Below are positions 39,265-52,564 of a stretch of 64,000 bases of DNA, one piece after another. Below the pieces are notes generated by a model. It was given only the letters and a program-made list of their open reading frames with translations, made no database searches and was not told where the DNA came from. The stretch's first letter is position 1; each line of letters opens with the position of its first letter. The position numbers and the translations under genes were made by a program. This stretch comes from Octopus sinensis. Its lineage: Eukaryota. The DNA is taken from positions 48,980,001-49,044,000 of the forward strand of contig NC_042998.1 in the NCBI RefSeq assembly GCF_006345805.1, in the 5' to 3' direction.

Positions 39265-39622
39265 CTTTACTCTCTACGGTAAAGGGAGAATCATTGAGAT
39301 GTACAAATATTGTACACAAATAGACGTGAAAACATGAGCATTTTTTTTTTTAAATAACTCACTAAAGTTAATTACTCAGTGACGCCATCCATATGAAAGA
39401 CAATAGTTAAGTTGGTATTAATGCATTCAATGTAGTGTGTATCAAAAGTTAAACGAGAAATACGGTGAAGTAAAGACGTGCTAGTTGCTATCTAAGCTTT
39501 GCTGTTTGATGCAAAACTATGATGACTTTTATTTTTACTTGTTGAGTCTGGAGGAAGCGCTCTGATACTTGTGTACCCTGGCGGTACTCACTCTTGCAAC
39601 ACTTCTGATGGTTGCTGCCTTC

Positions 39623-40060
39623 GGATCTTTTCGGTTTGAACGGCAGTTTCTTCTAGCGGTGTTATATGAAATTGTCACCCATAATTATGACCCTAGAATC
39701 GATCTATTGCATTTCAATCTCTTTTAGGGTTAGGGTTAGTTAGGGTTACGGTTAGGATTAGGGGTAGGGGAAGGGTATCTTTTTTTCTTCACAAATGTAA
39801 TTAAACCCAATCTGTTTCTTAAACGAGGGACATATTCATACGGCACAGAATGCTTTTTAACTTAATAGACGTCAGTGATTGGTTGAAATTGCAGAAATTG
39901 AAGAAAAAAAACAACAAATATCTTACAAACTATAGAATTTTCTCAATAAAGTCAAGAGAAAAAGATGTTTTGTAAACACATTCTACCAGTATACGAAGTT
40001 TAAAATTATTTAGTTACCTAGAAATTATGTTAAAAACTGCCGTTCAAACCGAAAAGATCC
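39623..40060. mobile_element. Second copy of the GGATC MITE, opposite orientation
   Basis: Same TIRs; internal ttagggttagggttagttagggtt array. Confidence 0.92.
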
Positions 40061-40634
40061 TACTTGTTGAGTCTGGAAGAAGGTACATCGGCCATGTCCT
40101 TTGCAAGCGCTCTGAGACTTGCGTACCCTGGCGGCATACACTCTTGCAACGCTTCTGATGGTTACTACCTTCTCTTGTGATTAAAAGATAAGAAAATATG
40201 AGAGCTTTTTTTTTTCTCTGTCTTTCTGCTTACACAAACCATGGACATCACCCCTATGAACGTGTTCCAGTTACTCTCTTGATAGAGCTTAGTGATCCTG
40301 ACCTGTGAGAGTTAACTGGGCATAAAAAAAAACAACTGATTATGTATGCAGGAGAGATGTCTGAGTTAGTGGAGTGACGGATCTCGGGACGTTGGTTCAG
40401 ACAGAATAAATGGCAAAAACCCGAAATAATTGATGATGATGATGTTGATGATATGAGCATTATATATATGCATCTATACATGCACATACATATCTGTGTA
40501 TATATATATATCTGTGTATATATATATGTGTGTTTGAGTATGTGTGTGTGTGTATGTGTGAGTATACGTATATACGCACGCAAGCGCACGTGCACAAATA
40601 CACGCACACATATGTATCTGTATATATATGTGCT

Positions 40635-40827
40635 TTTTTACTCTTTTACTTGTTTCAGTCATTTGACTATGGTCATACTGGATCAAATCGACCCCAGGAC
40701 ATATTCTTTGTTAGCCCAGTACTTATTCTATCGGTCTTTTGCTGAACCGCTAAGCTATGGGGACGTAAACACACCTGCATCGGTTGTCAATCGATATTGG
40801 GGGACAAACACAGACACACAAACGTAT

Positions 40828-40859
<32 letters not shown>

Positions 40860-41050
40860 TTATACATAAATATATACATATATAGGACGGGCTTCTTTCA
40901 GTTTCCGTCTACCAAATCCACTCACAAGGCTTTGGTCGGCTCGAGGCCGAAGTAGAAGACACTTACCCAAGGTTCCACTCAATGGGGCTGAACCCGGAAC
41001 CATGTCGTTCGTAAGCAAACTACTTACCACACAGTCATTCCTACGCCTAT
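40635..41050 (-). mobile_element. SINE family A
   Basis: Near-full reverse-complement copy. Confidence 0.88.
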
Positions 41051-41067
41051 TTATGTATACACTAGTG

Positions 41068-41434
41068 CAGCGTTTTTCAGACTTTGGGTCCCGACCCTTC
41101 AATGGGTCACGAGATAAATAAAATGAGTCGCGACAAAAATAAAAAGAAGGAAAGAAAAAAATGCAAGTAGGTGCAAAGTGCAGAATATAAACAACTCTAA
41201 ATATTGCACAACATGCATAAATCATCGCCAGTTTTACCGATTTTTACGATGATAAGGCAGGCTTTACCAATCAAAACATAATAATACACATCATTATGAA
41301 TTTATTATACATATACAAAAAGGATGTTATCACAGTCAAAATAGCTTCAAGGTTTTGTCCAAGGCATGGGTCGCAATGCGAAATGTGCTTCTTGCTGTAG
41401 GTTGCAGTAAACGAAAAAAGTTTGAAAAACGCTG
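41068..41434. mobile_element. hAT MITE
   Basis: TIR cagcgtttttca / tgaaaaacgctg; imperfect TSD cactagtg/cattagta. Confidence 0.75.
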
Positions 41435-41559
41435 CATTAGTATGTATGTGTTTGTGTCTCTCTCTCTATAAGTGTGTGTGTGTGTATGCATGTATGTATG
41501 TATATAACCACCCATACATTCCCAAAATGTATAGTCTGTATACATATATATTTACATGT

Positions 41560-41574
41560 TTATACATACATACA

Positions 41575-41606
<32 letters not shown>

Positions 41607-41612
41607 CATACA

Positions 41613-41646
<34 letters not shown>

Positions 41647-42000
41647 CATACATACATATATACATAGATTCACACATACATACATACATACATACATACA
41701 TACATACATACATACATGAATACATACATACATACATGAATACATACATACATACATACATACATACATACATACATGAATACATACATACATACATGAA
41801 TACATACATACATACATACATGAATACATACATACATACATGAATACATACATACATACATACATACATACATGAATACATACATACATACATGAATACA
41901 TACATACATACATACATACATACATACATACATACATGAATACATACATACATACATACATACATACATACATACATACATACATACATACATACATACA
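41560..42000. repeat. (TACA)n with interspersed TGAA variants
   Basis: Direct observation. Confidence 0.95.
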
Positions 42001-42388
42001 TGCATACTTACATGCTTGGCCGGATTAAGGCCAACTGATGCCCTTAGCACAATCCGACAACAATAACCGCTGAAACCTTCCGTAATCTAACTGACATGAT
42101 ATTAAAATAAAAGTGCAGAATGCAAAATAACTGATTAAAAAAACTCTGTTTTCTTCCAGGCCATCTTCCCAGGTCAGCATCCTCCACTACATTAATCATA
42201 ACCTGATTAAAAAAAAAGAAAGAAGTAAAATCTCACAGGCGCAGGCGTGGCTTCATGGTTAAGAAGCTTGCGGTTTTGGGTTCAGTCTCACTGCATGGCA
42301 TCTTGGCTAACTGTCTTCTACTGTAACCCCGGCCCAACATATGAGTGAATTTGGTTGACGGGACAGAAACTGTTTTCAAGCTTGTTAT

Positions 42389-42434
<46 letters not shown>

Positions 42435-42524
42435 TTACTCCCATCGCTTTCGCCCTATGAGTGCTTGAAGGAGAGGACTTAAAGTAAAAGACAGTAATAG
42501 AAAAAAAAACATTAAGAAGCTACA

Positions 42525-45500
42525 TCTACTTGCGATGGATACGTGCGTGAATGTAATTTGAGTCCAGGTACTGATTTTGCTATGAAGTTGCAATGGAGAC
42601 ATTAATGATTTTGATTTTACCTGGAATTGGGCAAATGCATCTGTTAGTTGCAGGATACAGTTTTTCTATCGACCATTTTCTTCAACTCAAATTGTTAGGA
42701 CGTTCATGATATATTTTACATCATACAGATCGATTTAGGCAATGACTTTCCCAAGATGTCAAGTTTAGCTGTAGAGATTTTAGTGATTGCGTCAACTTAT
42801 CCTTATACCTAAAGACAAGTCTTCTTTTGCCGTGAAATCCCTCATAAAAAACTATAAACGTCGCCCTTTTCAAGCCTAGCCAGGCTCATGGGCCCGGTTT
42901 CCCAGTTTCTGTGGCGTACGTGCCCCCCCACCCATCTACACGGGATGCCAGTCCATCACAGCGTAACTCAAGAAACAGGAAGAGAGAGTGAGAGAAAGTT
43001 GTGGCGAAAGAGTACAACAGGGGTCGCCGCCACCCCCTGCCGGAGCCTCGCGGAGCTTTCAGGTGTTTTCGCTCAATAAACACACTCAACGCCCGGTCTG
43101 GGAATCGAAACCGCGAGTCCGCTGCCCTAACCACTGGGCCGTTGCGCCTCTACTATTTGTTGGTCATACAGAAGAATTTTTGGAATGCGGTCATTTTTCA
43201 TTTGAACATGTCCTACCCATCTGCACTGAATTCTCATCAGCATGCTTTGGATACTGGAGATATCACATTTTCTTAAGGTTTTGATAGTGAATATCTTTGG
43301 GCAAACAGAAAGTCACGAAGGATCTCTACCCTGGTCTTTTTCTTTGATTTGAAACTTTGCTGTTTCAGGTTTAATAAACCTCCTTCTGCACGAAACTGAA
43401 ATTTAACGCCTTCATGGTAACCCTGGGAAGCATGTTGGAGCATCATTGAAAATAATATAGAAAAAAGTACAACGGCTAAAACACATCCCTGTTTGGCTCC
43501 AATGGCAACAGAAAATGCCTCTAAGTATTGACTACAAGATATTACTGTCGCCATTATTCCTTTATGCAGGGATACTATTACCCTCATCATTTTATGAGGA
43601 AGTCCAGCTTTTGACTACATTTCTCAGAGCGCATCACGATTCACTGTATCAAAGGCCTTGGTTAAGTCGACAAATATCATGAACAAGTCAGTATTTTTTC
43701 ACGTGCTTTCCCTTGAACTTGTCGGAGGGCAAATATCACGTCAACTGTGCATCTCCCAGCCCGAAATCCACATTGGGACTCAGGATATATGCTGTTCATT
43801 ACATGTTTATTGATGCGGTTAAGGTTCACCCTCACAAGAATTTTTCCAGTTAAGCACAACAAGCTTATTCCCCAGTGATTATCACATACACTCTTCATCA
43901 ACCTTGTTTTTGTGCAAGTGCGTTATAGATTCATCCTTGAACTGTTGAGGAACTGATCCAATTTCCCAGATCAGATAGGTAAATTTGCGCAGCTTACTTA
44001 CAAGTTGTCTGCTACCATGTTTGTACACCTCTAAGGGAATACCGTCTTGTAGACGAGCTTCACCACTGGAAAGTTTTTTAACAGCAGTACTTATCTCTTC
44101 CAAAGAAGGATTTTTCGCTAGTTCTTTAATTATAGGCCACTGGGAGATTTCGTTGATTACTTCAGGATTGATAGTGGATTCTTGATTTAATACAAATATA
44201 AAGTGTTCAGCCCATCTTTTTCAGAATTTCATCTTTGCTATTTAAGAGTTTTGTTCCATCGTTAGAGAGAATAGATTCTGTGCCACCCATATTTGGACCA
44301 AATGCACCTTTCAGATTGTCATACAGCGCTCTCCAGTTGTGAGAGTTAGCAGAATGTTCCAATTCTCGGGCCTTTTTTTTTTTTTTTTTTTGCCCATTAA
44401 GAAATTTTCATCTCATGCAGTTTTTTTCTGTGAAGTTTTTCTAGGGGAGATACATAGGGATCTGAGTGCTGGTAAGTTTTTGTTTGAAATCCATGTCTTG
44501 TGTAATTTGTGCGAAGTTTCTAGGAGAGGTTTAATTTAAGAGTCGTTCTCGTCTAAAAATATTGGTGCTTGCGTTTCACAAATCCTTGAGTTATTCATCA
44601 GATTATTTGATGTTGTCACGAATATTGTTCCACAACACTTCAGTCGTTGCATTCTTCTATTTCCGCAAGCTTTGAGTTTAAATGCATTTCAAAACTTTTT
44701 GTCGTTTCTGGATTTTTTAAAGAAGCTACGTTTATTCTCGGATGTATACTGGATCTCAGTGGCTGCGTTGTATACGGTTTAATAAATACCGTGCTGCGAA
44801 CCATTGTGTGATCCGAGTAACACTCGAAAATTTTGAGTTCTGGTTAATCTGAAATTCTTGTTCTTAATTATAACATAGCCCAGTTCGTGCCAATGACCAG
44901 ATCGAGGATGCCTCCAGGTGTTTTTGTATTTGTCTACCTGCGGAAACACTATTTATGATTGTTGACAAAAGGACAGCAGTCACAAACCGTTTTCATTCAT
45001 CGTTCCTGTCCTATGCTCTCCTATTACTCTTGACCTCACTGTATGTTTGTTGCCTATTTTGGCATTAGAATTGTCCAACAGTATGATTTTGTCATTGTTT
45101 GAAATTTTACTGACTACTGTCCACAGTTTGCAGTAAATGTTGTGCTCCTGTTCGCATGCCAATAAGGTAGGTGCATGTGCACTGATAATGAGCATAAACG
45201 AAAATTTATCTATCGGGATAGGAAATGTCATGAGACGCTCATCAACAGCTTGATGACTGTATGGCAATTTGCGAAGTAGAGTCGTTTTAATGGCGAAGCC
45301 AACACCGTGAATTCTTGGTTCATCTACCGGCTATGCACTCCAAAAAAAGTATGGCCACTTCCAACTTCCTCAAGTTCACCAGTGTCCGCAAGCCTGGTTT
45401 CACTTAGGGCAGCAATATCGATGTTACAGGAACCGATTACCTTTGCAATTAGTACTGTTTTTCGTTCTAGGCTGTCTTTGCTGTCACGTAAAGTTCTTAC

Positions 45501-46238
45501 ATTCCAAAAGCAATAGATTAACATGCTTCTTTTATTCATCTTATCTTTATTCATCCAATAGAATGGATGGCTAGACATCTACGTTAATGCCAAGCTTACT
45601 GAAGGCAACACTTTTTTTAGGGTTCCTTTTTTCATCCTGCCTCCGATATCGGAAAAGCAGTGTTACACCTAGTTAGGACTGCTTGCCACATAAAGAAGGA
45701 CACGTATCTTGCAGATGCCTTCAGATTCAGCAGAGAGGCGGCCATCACCCTCTGTACCACCTACGCGTGGAACTCTGGCTAGGAACTTCCTTTGCCTGTT
45801 CCTGTTGCCATATCCCGTCGTCTTAGAACTTTCAAATCACCTTCAAACTTCTTCCACAATGAATTTGTTTTAAGTGGAACTGGCTTATGCCACTCATAAC
45901 ACTCTCGCGTCCATTTAGCCTAGACACCAGTGCATATTGATGCTACTTGGAAGAAAGACCATCTAAATGCATAGACACTAACAGGTTATCATCAGGTGAC
46001 TAAGGAGCCCTATCTACCCCAGTTTTTGAATCAAAGTGTTCCTTCTCCGAGACAGATTGCTGACCAAGGTTAACGAGTTCTGTCCACCCGTTTTTGGATG
46101 GCCATTGACTTTTCTGAGTTCCTCCGCTCTTTGCCGGGTTTTCTTTTTCATCCCGCAGAGTGTCCAAAAATCACTATTTCATCCTCCTCACCAACCAAGC
46201 CTAGTAGAGTTGCCAGTTTAGTCGCCGACGACCCGACC
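42525..46238 (-). mobile_element. Near-full-length decayed RTE (BovB-like) LINE
   Basis: APE motifs WNVRTL, DIAALSETR, ISAHAPT; RT motifs DGIPLEVYK, PESQCGFRAGR, GAKQGCVLA; C-terminal RYKDKL..SWE; 5' UTR extends to ~46238. Confidence 0.88.
42857..43150 (-). mobile_element. SINE family C head + V-domain-like module, inserted in the RTE
   Basis: Minus strand gatggactggcatcccgt..acagaaactgggaaaccgggcccatgagcc. Confidence 0.8.
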
Positions 46239-46385
46239 TTATTACAGCTGCACAGCATCACATCTTCATGTTGATAATTGGCTATTTTGGCAAGATATCA
46301 TTAAATCACTTCTATTATTTTTTTCTATTTGTACCACTTTTACATATTGCCTGTTATTTTCATTGGTTATATATTATATTTTGTC

Positions 46386-46424
<39 letters not shown>

Positions 46425-46430
46425 ATATAT

Positions 46431-46478
<48 letters not shown>

Positions 46479-46509
46479 TGTATGTTGTGTGTGTGTGTAC
46501 ATATATATA

Positions 46510-46945
46510 ATTAGAGGATATGTTAACCTCGTAAAGGTATAGTTACATCCAAGGAAATACTGGTTCAATACCTAGTATTACTGGGGAATGAAATTCCCTT
46601 AAAGCATACAGTTTATATCCAGTTAAATGAAGAAAAGAAAATGGAGAGTAGGAAGTTAATGATTATTTATTATTAACAAATTGGTCATCTTTACTTCTTA
46701 CAGCCGTTTCAATTAATACTTAATAATTTAATTACAAATTTGTGCATTAAATTTGCATTTATCTGATATGAGCATAATTTCATCAGAGAAAGAGTTATAC
46801 CTCGAGATGTTACATCCCGACCTATCAGTTCATATCAGCAGACTAAATATTAGGGTTTATAATTTGTATTATTATATTCTCATGTGAAGGGTTTACAGAT
46901 TGACTACAATATAATTAGGGATAAAGTAAAATAAAGGAAAACTAT
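46510..46945 (-). mobile_element. Penelope-pLTR-like element in (TA)n
   Basis: Non-coding AT-rich unit between TA microsatellites, carrying a hammerhead motif. Confidence 0.55.
46694..46791 (-). ncRNA. Type-I hammerhead ribozyme with canonical core
   Basis: tttct-CTGATGA-aatta..(long stem II)..taatt-GAAAC-ggct-GTA-agaag. Confidence 0.75.
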
Positions 46946-46988
46946 ATATACATATATGAGTGTATACACATGCACGTGTATGTGCATA

Positions 46989-47024
<36 letters not shown>

Positions 47025-47188
47025 AATGTGTGTATAAGCGTAGATGTGCATACATATGTGTACGTGTGCGTGTATGTGTGTACACGTGTATATGTACGTG
47101 TGTCTGTCTGTCTCTCTGTATGTATGTATATATGTATGTATGTGTATGTATAGATGTGTGTATATATGTATATTGATAAATATATTTA

Positions 47189-48659
47189 CTAGCAGTAATA
47201 CCTGTCGTTGATCTGGTAATTATTTTTACTGTTTCTCGGGAGCCACATTCAAAGTATTATTATATATATAATTTACTCCTCCTATATTTGTGTATTTTTA
47301 TAAGAGAAAAATATGTAATAATTGAAATAGAAAAAAAAGATCAATTTTGTACATGAACTTTTGTTTGTTTATTATATGACAATAACGAGTTGTATTGTTA
47401 TTTTATTTATTAATACAGTAATAGCAATTATATAATATTGTTAAAGGAGAAAAATCATGTAATAATTGAAGTAGGAAAAAGATCAATCTCATACATGAAT
47501 TTTTGTTTATTTATTATATGATTACAATAAGTGAGTTGTGTGTGTTATTTTATTTATCAATACAGTAATGGTACTTATATATAATTATACTCTTCATTTA
47601 AATAGGTAATTTATTCGTTTTTGAATGTAATGAGAGTAATGGTAAATTGAGTTATTGAAGTATTCATATTGCATTAAAAGTGAATATTTCTTTATAAACA
47701 ATTTTTTCTTTGTTTTATTTCGGAGTGCATAAGCAGATAGATTTGCTTTTGCTTTCACACATGATGCTCCTATATAAAGTTGGCCATATGAAAAGCATGG
47801 TTGTTCAAGTTGCATTCCAGCAACTTTTAGTGTTTGACCCTGACTTTTATAAATCCTCATGGCAAAAGAAAGTGGGATAGGAAACTGTAACCGCTTAAAT
47901 TGGAATGGGATATTAGATGGTATAACTGATATGCGAGAAATGAAGACAGTCTTACCTTTACCACAACCAGTGAGAATATTTGCCTCAATACAGTTCCTCA
48001 TGAGTTTGTGCACAATAAATTTTGTATCATTGCATAATTTTGTTTGAGACAAATTACGCCATAGCATAATAGTTCATTTTTTCAGCGGAAGACAATGAGG
48101 AGCTATGCCTGGTAGTTCAAGTGAGTTTAAAAATTCGATGGGGTAGTTAACAATATTCTGATCATTTTTTTATAGAATCTTTTTTCGTTTTCTTCCAACC
48201 ACTTGAAAGTTCATCTTGCTCCAGTCCACTCAGCTGGTCAAAATGAGTTGTAGCTGTAATTGAAAGGGGCCAGCCTTATCATATTCTGTGTGAGGCTGAA
48301 TCCCCCTGAGAACTATGTTAATGGTATGCATGTCTGTGGAGTACTCAGCCGCTTGCGAGTTAATTTCATCCTCGTATGGTAATTAAAAGTGAAAGTGATA
48401 TCCAAAATTTGCTGTAGTTATTTGTCTTTGATTTAACAATGTCTATGTATCTGTGTATCAACTTTTCTTACGATTTATGTATCTACTGCCTCTCTCGCTT
48501 TCTCTCACTACCTCTATGTCCCTCCTTTCTCCCGCTTTTAATTTAACAATGTGTGTATCTATGTATCAACTTTTCTTTGGATCTATGTATCTACATTTCT
48601 TGCGATGTGATAAACATTTAAAAACACAAAACGAACGACGTCACCACTAACTGTCTCTC

Positions 48660-48699
<40 letters not shown>

Positions 48700-48819
48700 A
48701 CTTCCTCTCTGTCTTCCTCTCTCCCACTTTGCCACTCACTTCTTCCTTTAAGGTAAGTGTGACATACACCACAGGTACGTACGTACGAAAACAACAAATT
48801 GGCATATTGATATTATTGA
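47189..48819 (-). mobile_element. Helitron deletion derivative with both termini and a PIF1 helicase fragment
   Basis: A|TC..CTAG|T ends; ORF 47594-48067 with FKRLQFPIPLSFAM..KSQGQTL..FSYGQLY; ~140-bp tandem duplication at 47300-47585. Confidence 0.88.
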
Positions 48820-48829
48820 TGATGATGAA

Positions 48830-49725
48830 AGGGGGCGAGCTGGCAGAACCTTTAGCACGCCGCGCAAATGCTTAGCGGTATTCCGTCCGTCTTTACGTTC
48901 TGAATTCAAATTCCGCTCCGAAGTCGACATTGCCTTTTATCCTTTCGGGGTCGATAAAATAAGTACCAAGTTGAACCCTGGGGTCTATATAATTGACTTA
49001 CCCCACCCTCTCTCGAAAATGTTGGCCGTATGCCAAAGTTTAAAAGCAATATCAGTAAATTATCAAAGGCGATGTGCTGGAGAATCGTTATCACGTCGAA
49101 TAAATGTTTATTTCGTCCGTCTTTACGTTCTGGGTTCAAATTCCACCGAGTTCAACCTTGCCTTTCATCTTTTCAGGGTCTATAAAATAAATACCAGTTA
49201 ACCAATGAGATCGATCTAATTGACTTAGTCCTTTCTCCAAAATTTCTGGCCTTGTGCAAAAATTTGAAACCAATATTAGTAAATAATGCAAAATGCCCTG
49301 CCGCATTTCGTCCGTTTTTACGTTCTGAGTTCAAATTCTGCCGAGGTCGTCTCTGCCTTTCATCCTTTCAAGGTCGATAAAATAAGTACCAGTTCCACTT
49401 GAGTGCTGGAGTTGATATAATTGACTTACCCCTTCCTCTGAAATTGCTGGCCTTGTGCCAAAATTTGAAACCAATATTTGTAACTTATTTAGGGTGGCGA
49501 GGTGGCAGAATCGTTAGCGCGTTGGACAAAAAGCTTTGCGGCATTTCTTTCCACACTTGACGTCCTGAGTTCAAATTCCACCAAGATCAACACTACCTGT
49601 CAATCCTTACAAGGGTCAATAAAATAAAGAACCAGTCAAATAATAAAGGTGAGGTAATCGACTTACACTCACCACTACCCTACACATACATATCTTCGAA
49701 ATTGCTGGCTTTGTGCCAAATTTAA
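48830..49725 (+). mobile_element. Four head-to-tail SINE family B copies
   Basis: Repeated ttctgagttcaaattc..gcctttcatcc..aagtaccag. Confidence 0.85.
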
Positions 49726-50737
49726 ATAGAAAAGTCATTAGAAAAATATTTACTTATAAGTAGGGCAGCATGAAAGAGATTGAATTTCTAAAACGTTTTG
49801 GGGCAGAGGCCCTAATTCAGCAGCAGCATTTGCCCCCTTGATAAATCTGAATATATTAAAAACTGTGGTATTCCCTTCCCTGAGCGCCTTAAGCACGTGT
49901 TTATTTTGCTAAAATGCTTAATCCGAACCCGCTCATGTACATTGTGTGTATGGACAAACTTTAATTCATAGATACAATATGTAAATGTTGTGTGTGGTTG
50001 TGTTTACATATACGGTGTAAATTAAACGGACACAATACAGATTTATATTAGCTATGTACTAATTGCTGTGCGTGTGATTACAGAAGGCGTGTAATAGCTA
50101 ATTAAAAAGCATAAAAGAAAGATTTTAAAAGATATAGGGAGAAAGAGAGGAACTCTTCTAACATACAGTTGTACTTTTCTTTTCAGAAGTTTACTAGTCT
50201 AAACAAAATCAAAATGTGATAAAGCGCCTATATCTCAATGCGCTGGTGACACATTTAATTTTTTTTTTCTTTTTTCCCAACACCGTCACAACGACAATTC
50301 GGCAACTGAATAAGTTTAACCCCAATGCACACGTCGACAAAGCTAGCCTATATTAAATTGCTAATAGAAACACAACTGTGCACAACGCACGCCCAGACAC
50401 ACACAATAATAAAAACATACATTTGTTCAAACACTGAAGCGTGAAGTTTATTATGTTGTAATCATGTACGCTAACGGTACTCCAAGTTTTATTGAGTTAT
50501 AAAAGTTGGTTTTGTTTTTTTTGTTTTTCTAAATCACTCGAAGACAAACGAAGAAAGTGTTTAGTTGTTGTTTTTAAACGTAAGTGACATTTTATTTAAC
50601 TTAATTTGAATTTTTTGTGTTTGTTTTGCTTTCTTCCTATGTAAAAACAGTCCACATTTGTAAACACACACACATCTCTTTATTTATCTTTATCATCTAT
50701 TTTATATGTGTGTGTGTGTGTGTACATACATAGTTAC

Positions 50738-50772
<35 letters not shown>

Positions 50773-52564
50773 CTACAAAATTAGCTGGCAGTATATTGGA
50801 TATATATTATCCCATGGTGGGTTGAATTTTCAACCCCTATCTCATTTTATAACCTATATATATATATATATATATATATATACTTATGTGTGTACAATTA
50901 TGTATTAAATATTTTAATACCACGTGAGTTTGTGAATCGTATTTCTTGTGCAAATTGCTGTTTGTGTCTCTTGTAGAAAATTGTTTCTCTAGCTTTGATT
51001 ACACACTTACTCACACATTTTCCCGCCCCACACACACTCACACACACATACACACACATTGAAACAGACACATCCAGACACACAACTCATTATTTTAAAG
51101 CAGAAGATACATGAAAAAGTTTTCTTTTTTTTTTCTTTCTGAGATATTTTTCCCACATTAACGTTTTTTTGTTTTCTTGTATATATACTATATTAAGCTG
51201 TATGTGTGAACTTGTATGACTTAACTTTGTTTCATCCAAAACAAGTTTCAGTAGTGTGTATATATTGTTTATAATGTTTTAATAACCGAAGGTTTATTTA
51301 AGTTTAAAGAAAACCCAACAGAATCAGATAATAACTAATAATTTAGATTTTGTCTGTTTTGATTAAATACGCATTTATTCTTAGCTACTTTGATTTAGTT
51401 TAGTTTTTTATGTCATTACTTTTAGTAACTTATTTACGATTTTATTATATACCGTTAGATATTTAGTATACAACAATAAACGAATATGTATTTAATATTC
51501 ATCAAAGTTTGAAGTTAAGACTAATTTCTATTTAGCTTTAATTAAATTGAGTCGATAGAATTTCTTCAGAAGATGGAAAAACCCGTTAACTAAGCATCTC
51601 ATATATGTTTTTTTTTTTGTTCCTGTTACATTCAGTGTTTATTTAGTTTGAATTTTAGGGATCTGTCTCAACTTTTCTCGCTATTTCCATGTCATTATCT
51701 TTATTTCGGGACCCTGCTTATCGTAAGATTTAGATGTCAAACACATGTGGTCTCTATGTTGAAGAAAGGACGGAGTTTGAGGCGAAAATTGTTTGTTACA
51801 TGTAGACGTCTCCTTCGGTGACTCGTTTGTGTTCAATTCCTCTATACATTTTTCTTTACATTTTCCACGAACTCGTTATCATTTATCACTAACTACACAC
51901 AATATCATTCATCGTCACCACCAACAAACATTATCATGACCACTACTACCATTTATCCTACATTATCAACACCACTATGACAAACTCTCGCCCACGCCAG
52001 CAACATACATTTCCCTCATTGACATATATAAAAGATATAAACATGCATATTTCATTCGTATTGATCTGAAATTACATTGTGAATTTTACGTGCTGTATAC
52101 AATTTGTATACCATTATTGTTAGGCGGAGTATTATAGAAAATAACTTGGGCGTGTGTTTAGCGTATTTGTCATAGGAAATATAAATTAATTATTCTCATA
52201 TATCTGCTCTTAAAAAATACGAAATGCACAAAAAGGGAGCGTCTTTTCCTTCACTCGCCCTGCTAGAAATAGCAGCTGTCTCTTGAATCAAACTCTAATC
52301 TTAATAACAATGACACAGAAATGAACAACAAAATCTCTTAATAACACCCTCTCATCTTAAACAACTGCACAGAATATTATATGAATTACACCAAATAGCC
52401 TCTGTGACCAACAAGCTGACCGTAGCACAGCTTTGAGTTAAAAACTTCCGCAGATGTCAAACAAGCTCGTAGTAGCTAAAGTGAAAGTGGTACGTTAGAA
52501 GACTCGTGGCAAAATTTAAAATACGGATGAAGGACTTAGCCCATCGGGTATTTAAAAAATCTTG

